A stretch of 38,083 nt of DNA from a virus (IMGVR_UViG_2913192161_000003:1-38083); one strand, 5' to 3'. Positions 25,785 through 35,182 are shown, counted from the first letter of the stretch. The notes: generated by a model from the letters alone, not told the origin. Made by a program: numbers and translations.

Positions 25785-27311
25785 ATGAGCATCTCTATCA
25801 AGAAATACGTGGACATTACGTCCGGCGTAGGAGGCAGCGCGGCCGTTAAAGAGCGCGAGCTTATCCTTCGCCTGTTCACGAAGGACACGAAGGTTCCTGC
25901 TGGCGTAGTGATGGAATTTACCGACATTAACGATGTTGCCACTACCTTTGGTACCGCGTCTGAGGAATACAAACGCGCTGCGCTGTATTTTGGCTTTGTG
26001 TCGAAAATTATCACCAAGGCAAAAAAACTCTCCTTCGCGCATTACAGTGATGCTTCTTCTGCGGCTGCACCGGGGATTGTCGGCGGTACTCCGATGACAA
26101 CCATCGCGACATGGCAGGCCATCACTGACGGTGTTGTTCGTATCACTGTTGGCCAGTCTGATTACCTGCTTGACGATCTCGACTTCTCTTCAGCTGTAGC
26201 TCTGGCTGATGTGGCAGCCGCTATCCAGACCAAACTCCGGGGTATTCTCGGCGGTGCGACGGTTACTTACGACTCTCTGGAGCAAAGGTTCAACGCGTCG
26301 TTTGTTGGTCATGATGTTCCTGCGGCTGTAAACGTGATTGCTGCGGGGACCGGTGTCGATATCGCCGACAACCTTGGCTGGACCATCGCGAAAGGTATGG
26401 TTACCTCTCCGGGGTCAAATGCCACAACCACTCTCGATTATGTGATCGAGGCGGATGAAATTAGCGACAATTACGGCTCATTCGCTTTCTGCGGCACCGC
26501 GCTTACTCATGACATCGTGCAGGGTATCGCAGCGTGGAACGCAACGCAGAACGTTAAATACATGTACCTGGTGCCGGTGACAATGGCTGATTACGGCGCA
26601 TGGTATGGAACGCTGCAAACCTATAGCGGCTGCGCGATGACCATCGTCAACGACGCCAACACAGAGTTTGATGAACAAATTCCCGGCATTATCCTTGGCG
26701 CCACCGACTACAAACAGCGCAACGCCAGCCAGAACTACATGTTCCAGCAGGTGTCAGGTATCACTCCGAAGGTTGATAGTAATACTGACGCCAATGCGAT
26801 CGACACTGACACTCGCGTGAACTACTACGGGCGCACGAAGAACGCAGGCCAGGCCATCGATTTTTACCAGAACGGCTATCTGTGCGGCACCAATACGGAT
26901 CCGCTGCAGATGAACGTTTATGCCAACGAGCAGTGGTTTAAATCGGCCGCGACCGCAGTGCTGATGTCTGGTCTTCTGTCATTGCCAATCATCCCGGCAA
27001 CGGAAGAAGGGCGCGCTATCGTGATCAGCCTTCTTAACGGCGGTGATGATGCGCCAATCCCGCGCGCGCAGTTCAACGGCACTATTAAGGCCGAGAAGGA
27101 TTTGACGGTTACGCAGAAGGCTTACGTCACCCAAATCACTGGTGACCCGCTGGCCTGGCACCAGGTGCAGTCAATTGGCTACTGGCTTGATGCCTCCGTG
27201 CAGCAGGAGTCGCAGACGAACGGCACTATCAAATACGTTATCGACTATCTGCTGGTCTACTCGAAGGCCGATGCAGTAAACAAAATAACCGGTCGGGATA
27301 TCCTGATTTAA
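25785..27311 (+). CDS. Tail sheath protein (DUF3383-like)
   Basis: About 508 aa immediately upstream of a tube-sized gene and followed by a strong terminator; family by recall and position. Confidence 0.6.
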   Translation: MSISIKKYVDITSGVGGSAAVKERELILRLFTKDTKVPAGVVMEFTDINDVATTFGTASEEYKRAALYFGFVSKIITKAKKLSFAHYSDASSAAAPGIVGGTPMTTIATWQAITDGVVRITVGQSDYLLDDLDFSSAVALADVAAAIQTKLRGILGGATVTYDSLEQRFNASFVGHDVPAAVNVIAAGTGVDIADNLGWTIAKGMVTSPGSNATTTLDYVIEADEISDNYGSFAFCGTALTHDIVQGIAAWNATQNVKYMYLVPVTMADYGAWYGTLQTYSGCAMTIVNDANTEFDEQIPGIILGATDYKQRNASQNYMFQQVSGITPKVDSNTDANAIDTDTRVNYYGRTKNAGQAIDFYQNGYLCGTNTDPLQMNVYANEQWFKSAATAVLMSGLLSLPIIPATEEGRAIVISLLNGGDDAPIPRAQFNGTIKAEKDLTVTQKAYVTQITGDPLAWHQVQSIGYWLDASVQQESQTNGTIKYVIDYLLVYSKADAVNKITGRDILI

Positions 27312-27323
27312 CGAACCTGATAA

Positions 27324-27348
27324 GGCTGCCGTGCGCAGCCTTTTTTCT
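27324..27348 (+). terminator. Rho-independent terminator after the sheath gene
   Basis: GGCTGC/GCAGCC stem with 5-nt loop followed by TTTTTT. Confidence 0.7.
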
Positions 27349-27359
27349 GGAGATAACAG

Positions 27360-27809
27360 ATGCAAGACATCGCAGGCTTTGGCCTACAGGTTCGCGTCAT
27401 CGCGAGCAAGACGTATCCTTCCGGGTTCACGATCACTGAGTTCCCTGATGACGCTGACCCATTCGATCTGCCAACCTTGCAGATCAACGATGCAGCTATG
27501 GGGCTCAACGGCGATATGGTTCACTGGTCTAAGGCTAACCCAATTCCTCTGGCAATTGCGGTGATCCCCGGCGGTGAAGATGACAAAAATCTGGCAGTCG
27601 TATTTGAAGCCAACCGTGCTGCTCGCGGTAAGCGCCCCGCAAAAGACACCATCACCATCGTCGGTACGTATCCGAACGGCTCCACCATTACGCTTACGCC
27701 GGGTATCATTTTTGATGGTCTCCCGGGTAACGCTGTAGCGTCAGCGGGCCGTATGAAATCGAAGGTATATAACTTCCGCTTTGAAGGCATGAGCCGGGTA
27801 GAGGTATAA
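27360..27809 (+). CDS. Tail tube protein (DUF3277-like)
   Basis: 149 aa directly after the sheath gene; GGAGATAAC RBS. Confidence 0.55.
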   Translation: MQDIAGFGLQVRVIASKTYPSGFTITEFPDDADPFDLPTLQINDAAMGLNGDMVHWSKANPIPLAIAVIPGGEDDKNLAVVFEANRAARGKRPAKDTITIVGTYPNGSTITLTPGIIFDGLPGNAVASAGRMKSKVYNFRFEGMSRVEV

Positions 27810-27810
27810 C

Positions 27811-28263
27811 GTGGCTGAATTACTGGAAGCGAAAAACGTCACGGTGAAAGACCGGGCCGGTAACGATGTACCGTTTATCATCGGTAAGTTTCCTGCCATT
27901 GCAGCGCGGGAGATTGCCGCGAAGTATCCAACCTCGATTGCGGCACTGGCGAAGCAGTGGGAAGAGAACCAGTACGCTGAGAGTGAGAAGATCATGCTCA
28001 AGGCGATGACGTTCGTTGATCGCGTACTGGATGACGGCTCAACCATTCGCCTGACCACTGCGGCTCTGGTTGATAACCATGTGCCGGACGGCGAAGCGTT
28101 GATGCGTCTTGAGAAAGAGTTGCTCGAGTATAACTTCTCTTTTTTCGAAAAGTTCACCCGCTCCATTTCCTCCGGCGGTATCGTGCAGAATATGATCAAG
28201 TTGATTACGTCAACGCTGACCAGTTCATTGCAACAATCCTCTCGGCAGGACAAGCAACCCTGA
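27811..28263 (+). CDS. Tail assembly chaperone (G-like), with -1 frameshift extension to 28379
   Basis: GTG start; slippery heptamer T_TTT_TTC at 28140-28146; the -1 frame is open from 28146 to the TGA at 28377-28379 (checked codon by codon). Confidence 0.6.
   Translation: MAELLEAKNVTVKDRAGNDVPFIIGKFPAIAAREIAAKYPTSIAALAKQWEENQYAESEKIMLKAMTFVDRVLDDGSTIRLTTAALVDNHVPDGEALMRLEKELLEYNFSFFEKFTRSISSGGIVQNMIKLITSTLTSSLQQSSRQDKQP
28140..28146 (+). other. Putative -1 programmed ribosomal frameshift slippery site (U UUU UUC)
   Basis: X_XXY_YYZ heptamer in the zero frame of the chaperone gene; the conserved position between tube and tape measure genes supports a G/GT-type frameshift. Confidence 0.55.
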
Positions 28264-28432
28264 CAGAACTGAAGACCTCCGTCACGCTGGAGGAGGCCTT
28301 TAGCCTTTGGGAAATTGTCATGACTACACGGTTTAACGAGTGGTGGGCAATGGAGCAGATCAATAAAAAACGAAGTTGAGATCGAAAATTCATACCGCTT
28401 TCGCCGCCTGTGATATTTTTACGGAGATATCA

Positions 28433-28915
28433 ATGCCATTGGTGAGGATGGTCGTGAAATATTCTGACTTCAAAAAAATGCCGTACAGGCAGCGAAGAGA
28501 TTACATAAAAGGCGGCGGTAAAGTAGAGCGGACGTTAGGGCAAAAGGTTGTTTACTACGGGTCAACGATCTTTATTGTTCTGGTGGCTATCTCGTTTGTG
28601 AGGTCGTGCTCAAATCAGCCCAGAGATAACCAGTACATCTCTGACATGATGATCGCGATATGCACTACCGAAGTTAAAGAAAGAATCAAAGATCCAAGCA
28701 GCTTCGACGCTGACAGATCAAACACCATTACGACCAGCACTACTGACGGTTACAGTGTTGACATGGTGTTCCATGCTAAAAACTCTTTTGGTGCCACGGT
28801 TCCTGGTTCAGCAAAATGCACTTTCAGCAAGTTAGGTGAAGATAAAAAACCATTGCTGGAGTCCAAAGAGAAGGCAGTTATGACGTCGATATCTGTTAAC
28901 GGGAAGAGAGCATGA
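28433..28915 (+). CDS. Cargo gene 1: single-pass membrane protein of unknown function (161 aa)
   Basis: ORF 28376..28915 begins on TTG; ATG 28433 has a GGAG RBS; basic N-terminus, TM helix (VVYYGSTIFIVLVAISFV), about 100-aa C-terminal domain; AT-rich; possible sigma70 promoter TTCATA-17-GATATT at 28389-28417. Confidence 0.55.
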   Translation: MPLVRMVVKYSDFKKMPYRQRRDYIKGGGKVERTLGQKVVYYGSTIFIVLVAISFVRSCSNQPRDNQYISDMMIAICTTEVKERIKDPSSFDADRSNTITTSTTDGYSVDMVFHAKNSFGATVPGSAKCTFSKLGEDKKPLLESKEKAVMTSISVNGKRA

Positions 28916-29424
28916 TGGATGAGATTATTTCTGACTTGGTAGAAAAACACGGCATAGATAGTTCTCTCGCCGCCCAAATAGCTAACGATTTTCTGGAAAT
29001 GGATTTTGATAAGTTTCAAGTTGAAATGTCAGAGCTTGAACTCGCGGTCCTTAAGTCTTGGGGTGGGTCTCAAGAGTTATCGGCACTTTTAATCGAGAGA
29101 TATTCAGGAATAAACGCTAAGAAAGTTGGATTTATTGCAGCTAGATTTTGCTGCAAATATGTATCCTACGCAAACATTAATAAGTTATTAAAGGCTGGCG
29201 TCAAGAGTGGGGAATGGATTTATGGTGGTGCCGTGTGTGAGCATGCGGAGTTGGCATCGAAAAAATTCAATCTTTCTGAGGGCGCTAACTTTAACGGAAT
29301 TAATATCTTCCCAGGAAGGGAGTGGGATTGCCGTTGTTCGTCTAAACCCATAATCGACTTCTTCGACGAAGAGGAGAAAGTTCCGCCCAAAAAAGGCTTC
29401 TTCGCTAAGTTGTTTGGTAAATAG
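28912..29424 (+). CDS. Cargo gene 2: protein with a MuF-like C-terminal region (170 aa)
   Basis: ATGA-coupled to cargo gene 1; C-terminal segment FPGREWDCRCS resembles the C-terminus of the head morphogenesis protein in this window (IPGEEINCRCT); AT-rich. Confidence 0.55.
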   Translation: MMDEIISDLVEKHGIDSSLAAQIANDFLEMDFDKFQVEMSELELAVLKSWGGSQELSALLIERYSGINAKKVGFIAARFCCKYVSYANINKLLKAGVKSGEWIYGGAVCEHAELASKKFNLSEGANFNGINIFPGREWDCRCSSKPIIDFFDEEEKVPPKKGFFAKLFGK

Positions 29425-29446
29425 CCATTTCTTTATAAGTTAACAA

Positions 29447-29468
29447 CCCCGCTCTGCGGGGTTTTTTA
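29447..29468 (+). terminator. Rho-independent terminator closing the cargo cassette
   Basis: CCCCGC-TCT-GCGGGG hairpin followed by TTTTTTA. Confidence 0.75.
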
Positions 29469-29479
29469 TTGGAGCCAGC

Positions 29480-31204
29480 ATGGGCATTCTCGACACGTTT
29501 GTATTTCTCCTGGAAACAGATAACCGTGATGCGTTACGCGGATTGCGCGACACTGACCGTGCGCTTGGAGATGTAGAGGACGGTTCTAACAGTGCTCATA
29601 AATCCATGCTTGGCATGTTTGATGGCGTGCTGCAAAAAGCAGGGTTAACTAGCGATGGCTTTAAAGAACTCGCAGTAAGCGCCCTGGGTATAGCCGGGGC
29701 TGGCTTATCGCTCAATGCGATGCTTGATCATACAGCTGAAATGTTAGCCAAAGTTCAGGCTGCTGAAACAGTTGGTGTGAATATCGGCGAATATGACGCC
29801 CTGTCTAGGACGTTCCTGGCACTTGGCGTAGATGCTGACGGATTTCGTGACTCCATGATCGACCTTAACGAGGCGATGGGTGAGGCGGCATCCGATGCAA
29901 AATCAGGGAAGGCTGAGTCATTCAAAACTTTTGGCGTCAGCCTGAAGGATGTCAAAGGCAACATCAAATCTGCTGATGAGGCGTTGCTCGAGTTATCCGA
30001 CACGATGTCGAAGATGGATAAACAGCAGGCCACTTTCCAGATCAAGCAACTTGGCATTACGGACAATGCCGTTATTGCCGCCATGCTGAATGGGCGCAAG
30101 GCACTGGAAAAGCAAATCCAACTGCAGAAAGAGTTGGGCGTCCTGAACGAAAAAGACGTAGAGCAACTTAAGCGATTCAAGCAGGCGCAAAACGAGTTAA
30201 ATACAATCTTCTCGCGATTTGCTGATCAGATAGCAATGAGTGTAACTCCGGCCCTCGAATTGTTAATTGAAACAACTCAAAAGGTAATCGCGTGGGGGCG
30301 TGAGCATAAAGTTTTCCTATTCACCTTCTTTGGAGCGCTTGCAACCGTAGCTATTCCCGCCTTGACCGCTTCATTATGGCGAATGGCGGCGGCGGCATGG
30401 GGTGCGATGGCTCCATTTATTCCAATCATTGCTGTCGCTGCTGCTCTGGGCCTAGTAGTGGAAGACCTCTGGCAGTACTTCAACGGCGGCGAATCAGTCA
30501 TCGGTGATCTGGTACAGAAGTTCCCTGCGCTAGCCGGTGTCTTAGAGAATGTGAAAGAAAGTTTCCTGGGGGCATGGGAGGCGCTGAAACTCCTGTTTTC
30601 CGATCCTTCACAATTCATGGATGTGCTGGTTGCAGAGCTGCAGGCCAGTTGGGATGAGATAGTTCAGGGTGTAGTCGATGCTGGCGATGCCATAGGAAAG
30701 GCTCTCAACAGTGCATGGGAGAAACTCACCGCTGACACCAAGAAAGTATTCAATGACCTGCTGTCATGGGTAAAGAACATCTTCTCCCAGATAGGAGCCT
30801 ACATTTCAGACGCCGTATCAAACGCAGGCAAGGCCGCCTATGACAAGTTGCCTGACTTCATGAAAAAGGCGATCAACGCCGTGAAGGGAGAGGACGAACC
30901 GAAATCGGTACAGCCTACGCCAGACGGCGTGGTTGATGACGTTAATCCAATCAAACAACCAATGCCGTCAGTGCAGGCCGCAAACAGCTCTATGCAGGAT
31001 ATTGCCAATGCCCCGGCAATACCGGCAAATCCAGGCGCAGGCCGCTCATCGAGGGTCAGTAACACACAAAACGTCAATGTCGCCAAGGTCGAAGTGACCA
31101 CGCAGGCCACTGACGCGCAGGGTATTGCCAGCAGTATGACCGATGGGCTGAAGAATGCTTACGGAGATATGGCAAACCAATATGACGATGGAAGGAGCCA
31201 TTAA
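29480..31204 (+). CDS. Tail tape measure protein
   Basis: 574 aa, helical with a hydrophobic central segment; GGAG RBS; position after the chaperone. Confidence 0.75.
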   Translation: MGILDTFVFLLETDNRDALRGLRDTDRALGDVEDGSNSAHKSMLGMFDGVLQKAGLTSDGFKELAVSALGIAGAGLSLNAMLDHTAEMLAKVQAAETVGVNIGEYDALSRTFLALGVDADGFRDSMIDLNEAMGEAASDAKSGKAESFKTFGVSLKDVKGNIKSADEALLELSDTMSKMDKQQATFQIKQLGITDNAVIAAMLNGRKALEKQIQLQKELGVLNEKDVEQLKRFKQAQNELNTIFSRFADQIAMSVTPALELLIETTQKVIAWGREHKVFLFTFFGALATVAIPALTASLWRMAAAAWGAMAPFIPIIAVAAALGLVVEDLWQYFNGGESVIGDLVQKFPALAGVLENVKESFLGAWEALKLLFSDPSQFMDVLVAELQASWDEIVQGVVDAGDAIGKALNSAWEKLTADTKKVFNDLLSWVKNIFSQIGAYISDAVSNAGKAAYDKLPDFMKKAINAVKGEDEPKSVQPTPDGVVDDVNPIKQPMPSVQAANSSMQDIANAPAIPANPGAGRSSRVSNTQNVNVAKVEVTTQATDAQGIASSMTDGLKNAYGDMANQYDDGRSH

Positions 31205-31833
31205 TGTCTTCATTCTCTGACCTGATGAATACCGCATCCGGATCCCTGTCATCGTACAACATGGTGATGTCTTCATTTGCTGTGGATGTTGTACGGATAA
31301 CGGATGAATTTGGCGCTCAGATGTTCACTGAATGCCGTGCTATGCGCGCCGCGTTGAATCGTTCTTCCGATTTGTGTGAGCATCCGCTGGAAACCGGTAA
31401 CACCATCGCTGACTTTAAAATCATCAAACCTAACGTCGCGCAGCTCACGATGTTTATCCCGGCAGATGCGTATGGTTCGGTGTATGGCGACATTGAGCAG
31501 GCTTACGTCAACAGTACATCGCTGATCGTACAGACCCGCGCATCGTCATACGCGGATATGGTTATCACCGACATGCCGCACGATGAGGCGCCAGACCTTG
31601 GTGACACGGTAGCTGTAACGCTAACCCTAAAAGAGGTTCAGTGGTTCACATCGACCGTTGAAACGATGCCTGCCAAAGAGGTTGCGGTGTCCAGCAAGTC
31701 TGCAAAAACAGGAGGCACGGCCAAATCTGATGCCGACACAGTGAAGCAGGGGCAGAAACGCCCATCAGATGCTTCTCCAGCCACTCAAACAAAGTCCAGC
31801 TCTGTGGCGAAGGATATTAAGGACTGGTTCTGA
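31204..31833 (+). CDS. Hypothetical tail protein
   Basis: 209-aa ORF coupled to the tape measure gene. Confidence 0.45.
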   Translation: MSSFSDLMNTASGSLSSYNMVMSSFAVDVVRITDEFGAQMFTECRAMRAALNRSSDLCEHPLETGNTIADFKIIKPNVAQLTMFIPADAYGSVYGDIEQAYVNSTSLIVQTRASSYADMVITDMPHDEAPDLGDTVAVTLTLKEVQWFTSTVETMPAKEVAVSSKSAKTGGTAKSDADTVKQGQKRPSDASPATQTKSSSVAKDIKDWF

Positions 31834-32135
31834 TGAAGCAAATCCCATTGAAGTCTTTCCCAAGGCAATCACTTTCCGTTGTCCTCGAGGGCGCTTTGTA
31901 TGAGCTATCCCTCAAAGAGTGCAACGGCATCATGGCGGTCTCAGTCACTCGCGATGGCACAGTAATCGTCAACAATCGCCGTGCGGTTGCCAGTGCGCCA
32001 ATCATTCCATCGCGTTACCTCAATGACGGTAATTTTTTCATCATCACCGACAATGACGAGCTGCCGTACTACACATCTTTTGAGGGGAGCGATGTTTTTG
32101 TCTGGATGACGAATGAGGAGATCGACAATGCTTGA
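31833..32135 (+). CDS. Hypothetical tail protein
   Basis: 100-aa coupled ORF. Confidence 0.45.
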   Translation: MKQIPLKSFPRQSLSVVLEGALYELSLKECNGIMAVSVTRDGTVIVNNRRAVASAPIIPSRYLNDGNFFIITDNDELPYYTSFEGSDVFVWMTNEEIDNA

Positions 32136-33027
32136 TGGCCGTGTGCTAAAAATTGGAATCGAGATTAACGGGCAGATGAAGTTTTACGAAGGCGCGGCCG
32201 CCACGGCGAAGATTGTTAAAACGTCAGATGGAAAACAGAACAGCTGCCAGATAACACTCGACAACCTCCTTCTTGAAACCATTGATTATCTCGTCACCGA
32301 AACTTCCCCCTGGAATCCAAACAAGAAGCCAAAGTTGATCACCGTGATGGCCGGTCGTCAGTCCACTGGTGTAGAGACTATCTATAACGGTGATGTTGTT
32401 CTGGCTGAACCCAGCATGCCGCCTGATCGCCGACTCACCATGAAGGCTTTAACCCAGAATGGTGCGAAGTACAAATGGGCGTCGCGTTCGTCTCCGAAAA
32501 CAACCCAGCTCTCCGAACTGTGTAAGGGGGTGGCGAAAGACTACGACCTTACTCTGCGGTTTGAGGCCAAAGACAAGACTGTTGCCAACTACGTCTATAA
32601 CGGACCCGTCGGCAAGCAGATACAAAAACTTGAGCAGGTGGGCGATGTAGACTGCTTTATTGACGATGATTTCCTGGTGGTTAAAGACCTTGGGAAAGGA
32701 ATGAAGGGCGAAGTGAGGGTAATCTCGTCGGCTACCGGAATGATTGGCAACCCGGTTCTGGATGATAAAGGCGTTAAGGTGCGCATGCTGTTCGACCCGT
32801 CAGTAAAGCTTGGGCAGCAGATTGAAATTCAGTCCTCGGTCAACAAAGCCGCAAATGGTCAGTACGTGATTTACAACTGGGCAGCCAGCCTGGCGACGCA
32901 CGAAAATGACTGGTATCTCGACCTGTCCTGCAACAACGACAACATCACATCAATAGCCGAAAAACGCGAGGCGCAGAAGAAAGCTGATGCCAAATCCAAC
33001 TCCAAGCCAAAAGCCGGGACAAAGTGA
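32128..33027 (+). CDS. Baseplate hub-like protein, tentative
   Basis: ORF 32113..33027; start taken at ATG 32128 after GAGGAG RBS. Confidence 0.5.
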   Translation: MLDGRVLKIGIEINGQMKFYEGAAATAKIVKTSDGKQNSCQITLDNLLLETIDYLVTETSPWNPNKKPKLITVMAGRQSTGVETIYNGDVVLAEPSMPPDRRLTMKALTQNGAKYKWASRSSPKTTQLSELCKGVAKDYDLTLRFEAKDKTVANYVYNGPVGKQIQKLEQVGDVDCFIDDDFLVVKDLGKGMKGEVRVISSATGMIGNPVLDDKGVKVRMLFDPSVKLGQQIEIQSSVNKAANGQYVIYNWAASLATHENDWYLDLSCNNDNITSIAEKREAQKKADAKSNSKPKAGTK

Positions 33028-33640
33028 CAGCCTTTCCGGCTCGATGGACCTGGTGCTGAGAAAGTTTTTGCTAGATGTCGATGACATGTTGCCGGCAAGA
33101 ATCGTGTCGTATAACCCCCCGCCGGTTAATCGGGCGCAAATAGAAATTCTCTATAAAGTCACAATGACGGACGGCTCCCTGAATCCACTCATGGCACCTG
33201 CAGAGGTTCCGGTGCTGACAATCGGTGGCGGTGGTATGTGTCTTACGTTTCCGATAAAACCAGGCGACCTGGGATGGATAAAGGCAAGTGACAGGGATAT
33301 GTCGTTATTCCTGCAGAGTTATGAAGCGGAGCCGGGCAATACAACCCGGCTTCACTGTTTTGAGGACGGCGTCTTTATACCGGATGTAATGAAGGACTTT
33401 GTTGTCAGCGATGGTACAGCTGCCACGCTACAGACTATCGACGGTACGACATCAGTAGCGGTTAAGCCAGGTAGCATAGTGCTGACAGCGGGCTCCACTG
33501 TCGTGTCGATAACTGAAAGCGGTATTGAGTCCAATAAGCCGATCAAAGCACCACAATTCACTGACGGCACCATCAATACGTTTGGTCACGTCCATACCAA
33601 TCCGGAGGGCGGCAACGTAGGGCCGATGAAGAACCCATGA
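32987..33640 (+). CDS. Baseplate central spike (gpV-like), tentative
   Basis: 217-aa ORF in the baseplate block; start uncertain (overlaps the upstream gene by 41 nt). Confidence 0.45.
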   Translation: MPNPTPSQKPGQSDSLSGSMDLVLRKFLLDVDDMLPARIVSYNPPPVNRAQIEILYKVTMTDGSLNPLMAPAEVPVLTIGGGGMCLTFPIKPGDLGWIKASDRDMSLFLQSYEAEPGNTTRLHCFEDGVFIPDVMKDFVVSDGTAATLQTIDGTTSVAVKPGSIVLTAGSTVVSITESGIESNKPIKAPQFTDGTINTFGHVHTNPEGGNVGPMKNP

Positions 33641-33987
33641 AGACATTAGCCACCAACAATGACTTTGATATCTACCTGGATAACTCCCGAAACATCGCAA
33701 TGGCTACTGGCCTACAGGCCGTCATTCAGACGTGCGAACACGTAGCCAGGACAAAGCTAACTGAGTTGCCGTACGCGCAGTCGCGCGGTATCCCGTTCTT
33801 CGATATTGCGCTGGGGTCCCAACCAGACATTAGCTTGTACGACATGTTCCTGCGAAAGGTCTACAAGACCGTTCCAGGCGTCGAAGGGGTGGGGAACATC
33901 AATTTCGAAAAAAACGGCGATACGCTGAGTTACACCGCCCAGATAAGAACGATTTACGGAACGGAGAGCGCAAGTGGAATCATATAA
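33637..33987 (+). CDS. Baseplate protein (gp25/W or Mu gp46-like)
   Basis: 116 aa immediately upstream of the J-like gene; typical size and position. Confidence 0.5.
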   Translation: MKTLATNNDFDIYLDNSRNIAMATGLQAVIQTCEHVARTKLTELPYAQSRGIPFFDIALGSQPDISLYDMFLRKVYKTVPGVEGVGNINFEKNGDTLSYTAQIRTIYGTESASGII

Positions 33988-35182
33988 ATACCTCTCGCCA
34001 GAAGGTGTGATTGTCCCGGATACATCGCAAATCCTGACTGATACAGAGAATGAGTGGAAATCCACTTTTGGCAGCGATCTGGACGTTACGCCGGACACGC
34101 CGCAGGGCATGATCATCGCCAGCGACGTTGCAGTTCGTTCTGAAGTTGTAGCGAACAATGCTGCTGTAGCAAACCAGATTAACCCCAACTATGCAGGCGG
34201 CCTGTTCCTGGATGATATCTGGGCGCTAACAGGAGGGAAGCGCCGGGCCTCAACATATACGCTTGTCGATGGTGTCGCGCTAACTGGTGTCCCAGGCGTG
34301 GTGATACCGTCCGGCTCGAGGCGTTCATCAAATGGAAATCTGTTTGAGCTGCTTTCTACCGTCGCGCTGGATAACTCAGGGAAAGGAACCGGTATATTTC
34401 AGGCTCTGGAGCCAGGAGCCATTCCTTGCCCAGCTCATACGCTGAAAGACCCTGTCGTTGGGTACACGTCTGTGGGCTGGGAAACATCGGATAATCCGGT
34501 TGCCGGGACAATGGGTACTGAAGAGCAGTCAGACCTGTCAGCAAGGAAAGAACGGCGCCAGACTCTGGCCATTCAAGGTCGATCCATTGGAGAGGCTGTC
34601 TATTCAAATGTCAGGGCGGTGGTAGGGGTTAATTCGCTGTCGTTTCGTGAGAACGTAGACAACACAACTAAAACGATTGATGGGATTAGCCTTATTGGTC
34701 ATTCAGTCTGGGCATGTGTTGATGGCGGCGAAGATGCCGCAGTTGCAGCAGCACTCTATCGCTCTAAAACAGGTGGGGCTGCGTGGAATGGGGCTGTAAG
34801 TGTTGATGTGACAGATGCCTGGTCTGGGCAGAAATCAACAGTCAAGTTTGACAGGCCTATAGCCAAGCCTGTTATGGCGAAATTTACGGTTGTCTCTAAA
34901 GGTGTTGGTACAGGCGATCCAACTTCGCTTATCAAAGATACCATCGTGAAATATGCAAACGGGCAACTCGATAATGGAGAAGAAGGGTTTACTCTCGGCA
35001 CAGACGTATCTCCGTTCGAATTGTCAGCCGCAGCTAACACTGCCTCACCTCAAATATTTATTAAAAGCGTTGATATAGCGAATAAAGCAACTGCCCCGAC
35101 CTGGTCAAAAGATGATATTGCGATAGGGTTAAACGAAAAGGCTACTATTCAGGTTGACGATATTCTTGTGGTGACAACATGA
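33974..35182 (+). CDS. Baseplate J-like protein
   Basis: 402 aa with GTG start; position and size consistent with a baseplate wedge J family protein. Confidence 0.55.
   Translation: MESYKYLSPEGVIVPDTSQILTDTENEWKSTFGSDLDVTPDTPQGMIIASDVAVRSEVVANNAAVANQINPNYAGGLFLDDIWALTGGKRRASTYTLVDGVALTGVPGVVIPSGSRRSSNGNLFELLSTVALDNSGKGTGIFQALEPGAIPCPAHTLKDPVVGYTSVGWETSDNPVAGTMGTEEQSDLSARKERRQTLAIQGRSIGEAVYSNVRAVVGVNSLSFRENVDNTTKTIDGISLIGHSVWACVDGGEDAAVAAALYRSKTGGAAWNGAVSVDVTDAWSGQKSTVKFDRPIAKPVMAKFTVVSKGVGTGDPTSLIKDTIVKYANGQLDNGEEGFTLGTDVSPFELSAAANTASPQIFIKSVDIANKATAPTWSKDDIAIGLNEKATIQVDDILVVTT

Noticed and set aside
27741-28253. Minus-strand ORF of 170 aa over the tail chaperone gene
   Set aside because: Antisense to the chaperone gene, whose identity is supported by the in-phase frameshift site and open -1 frame.
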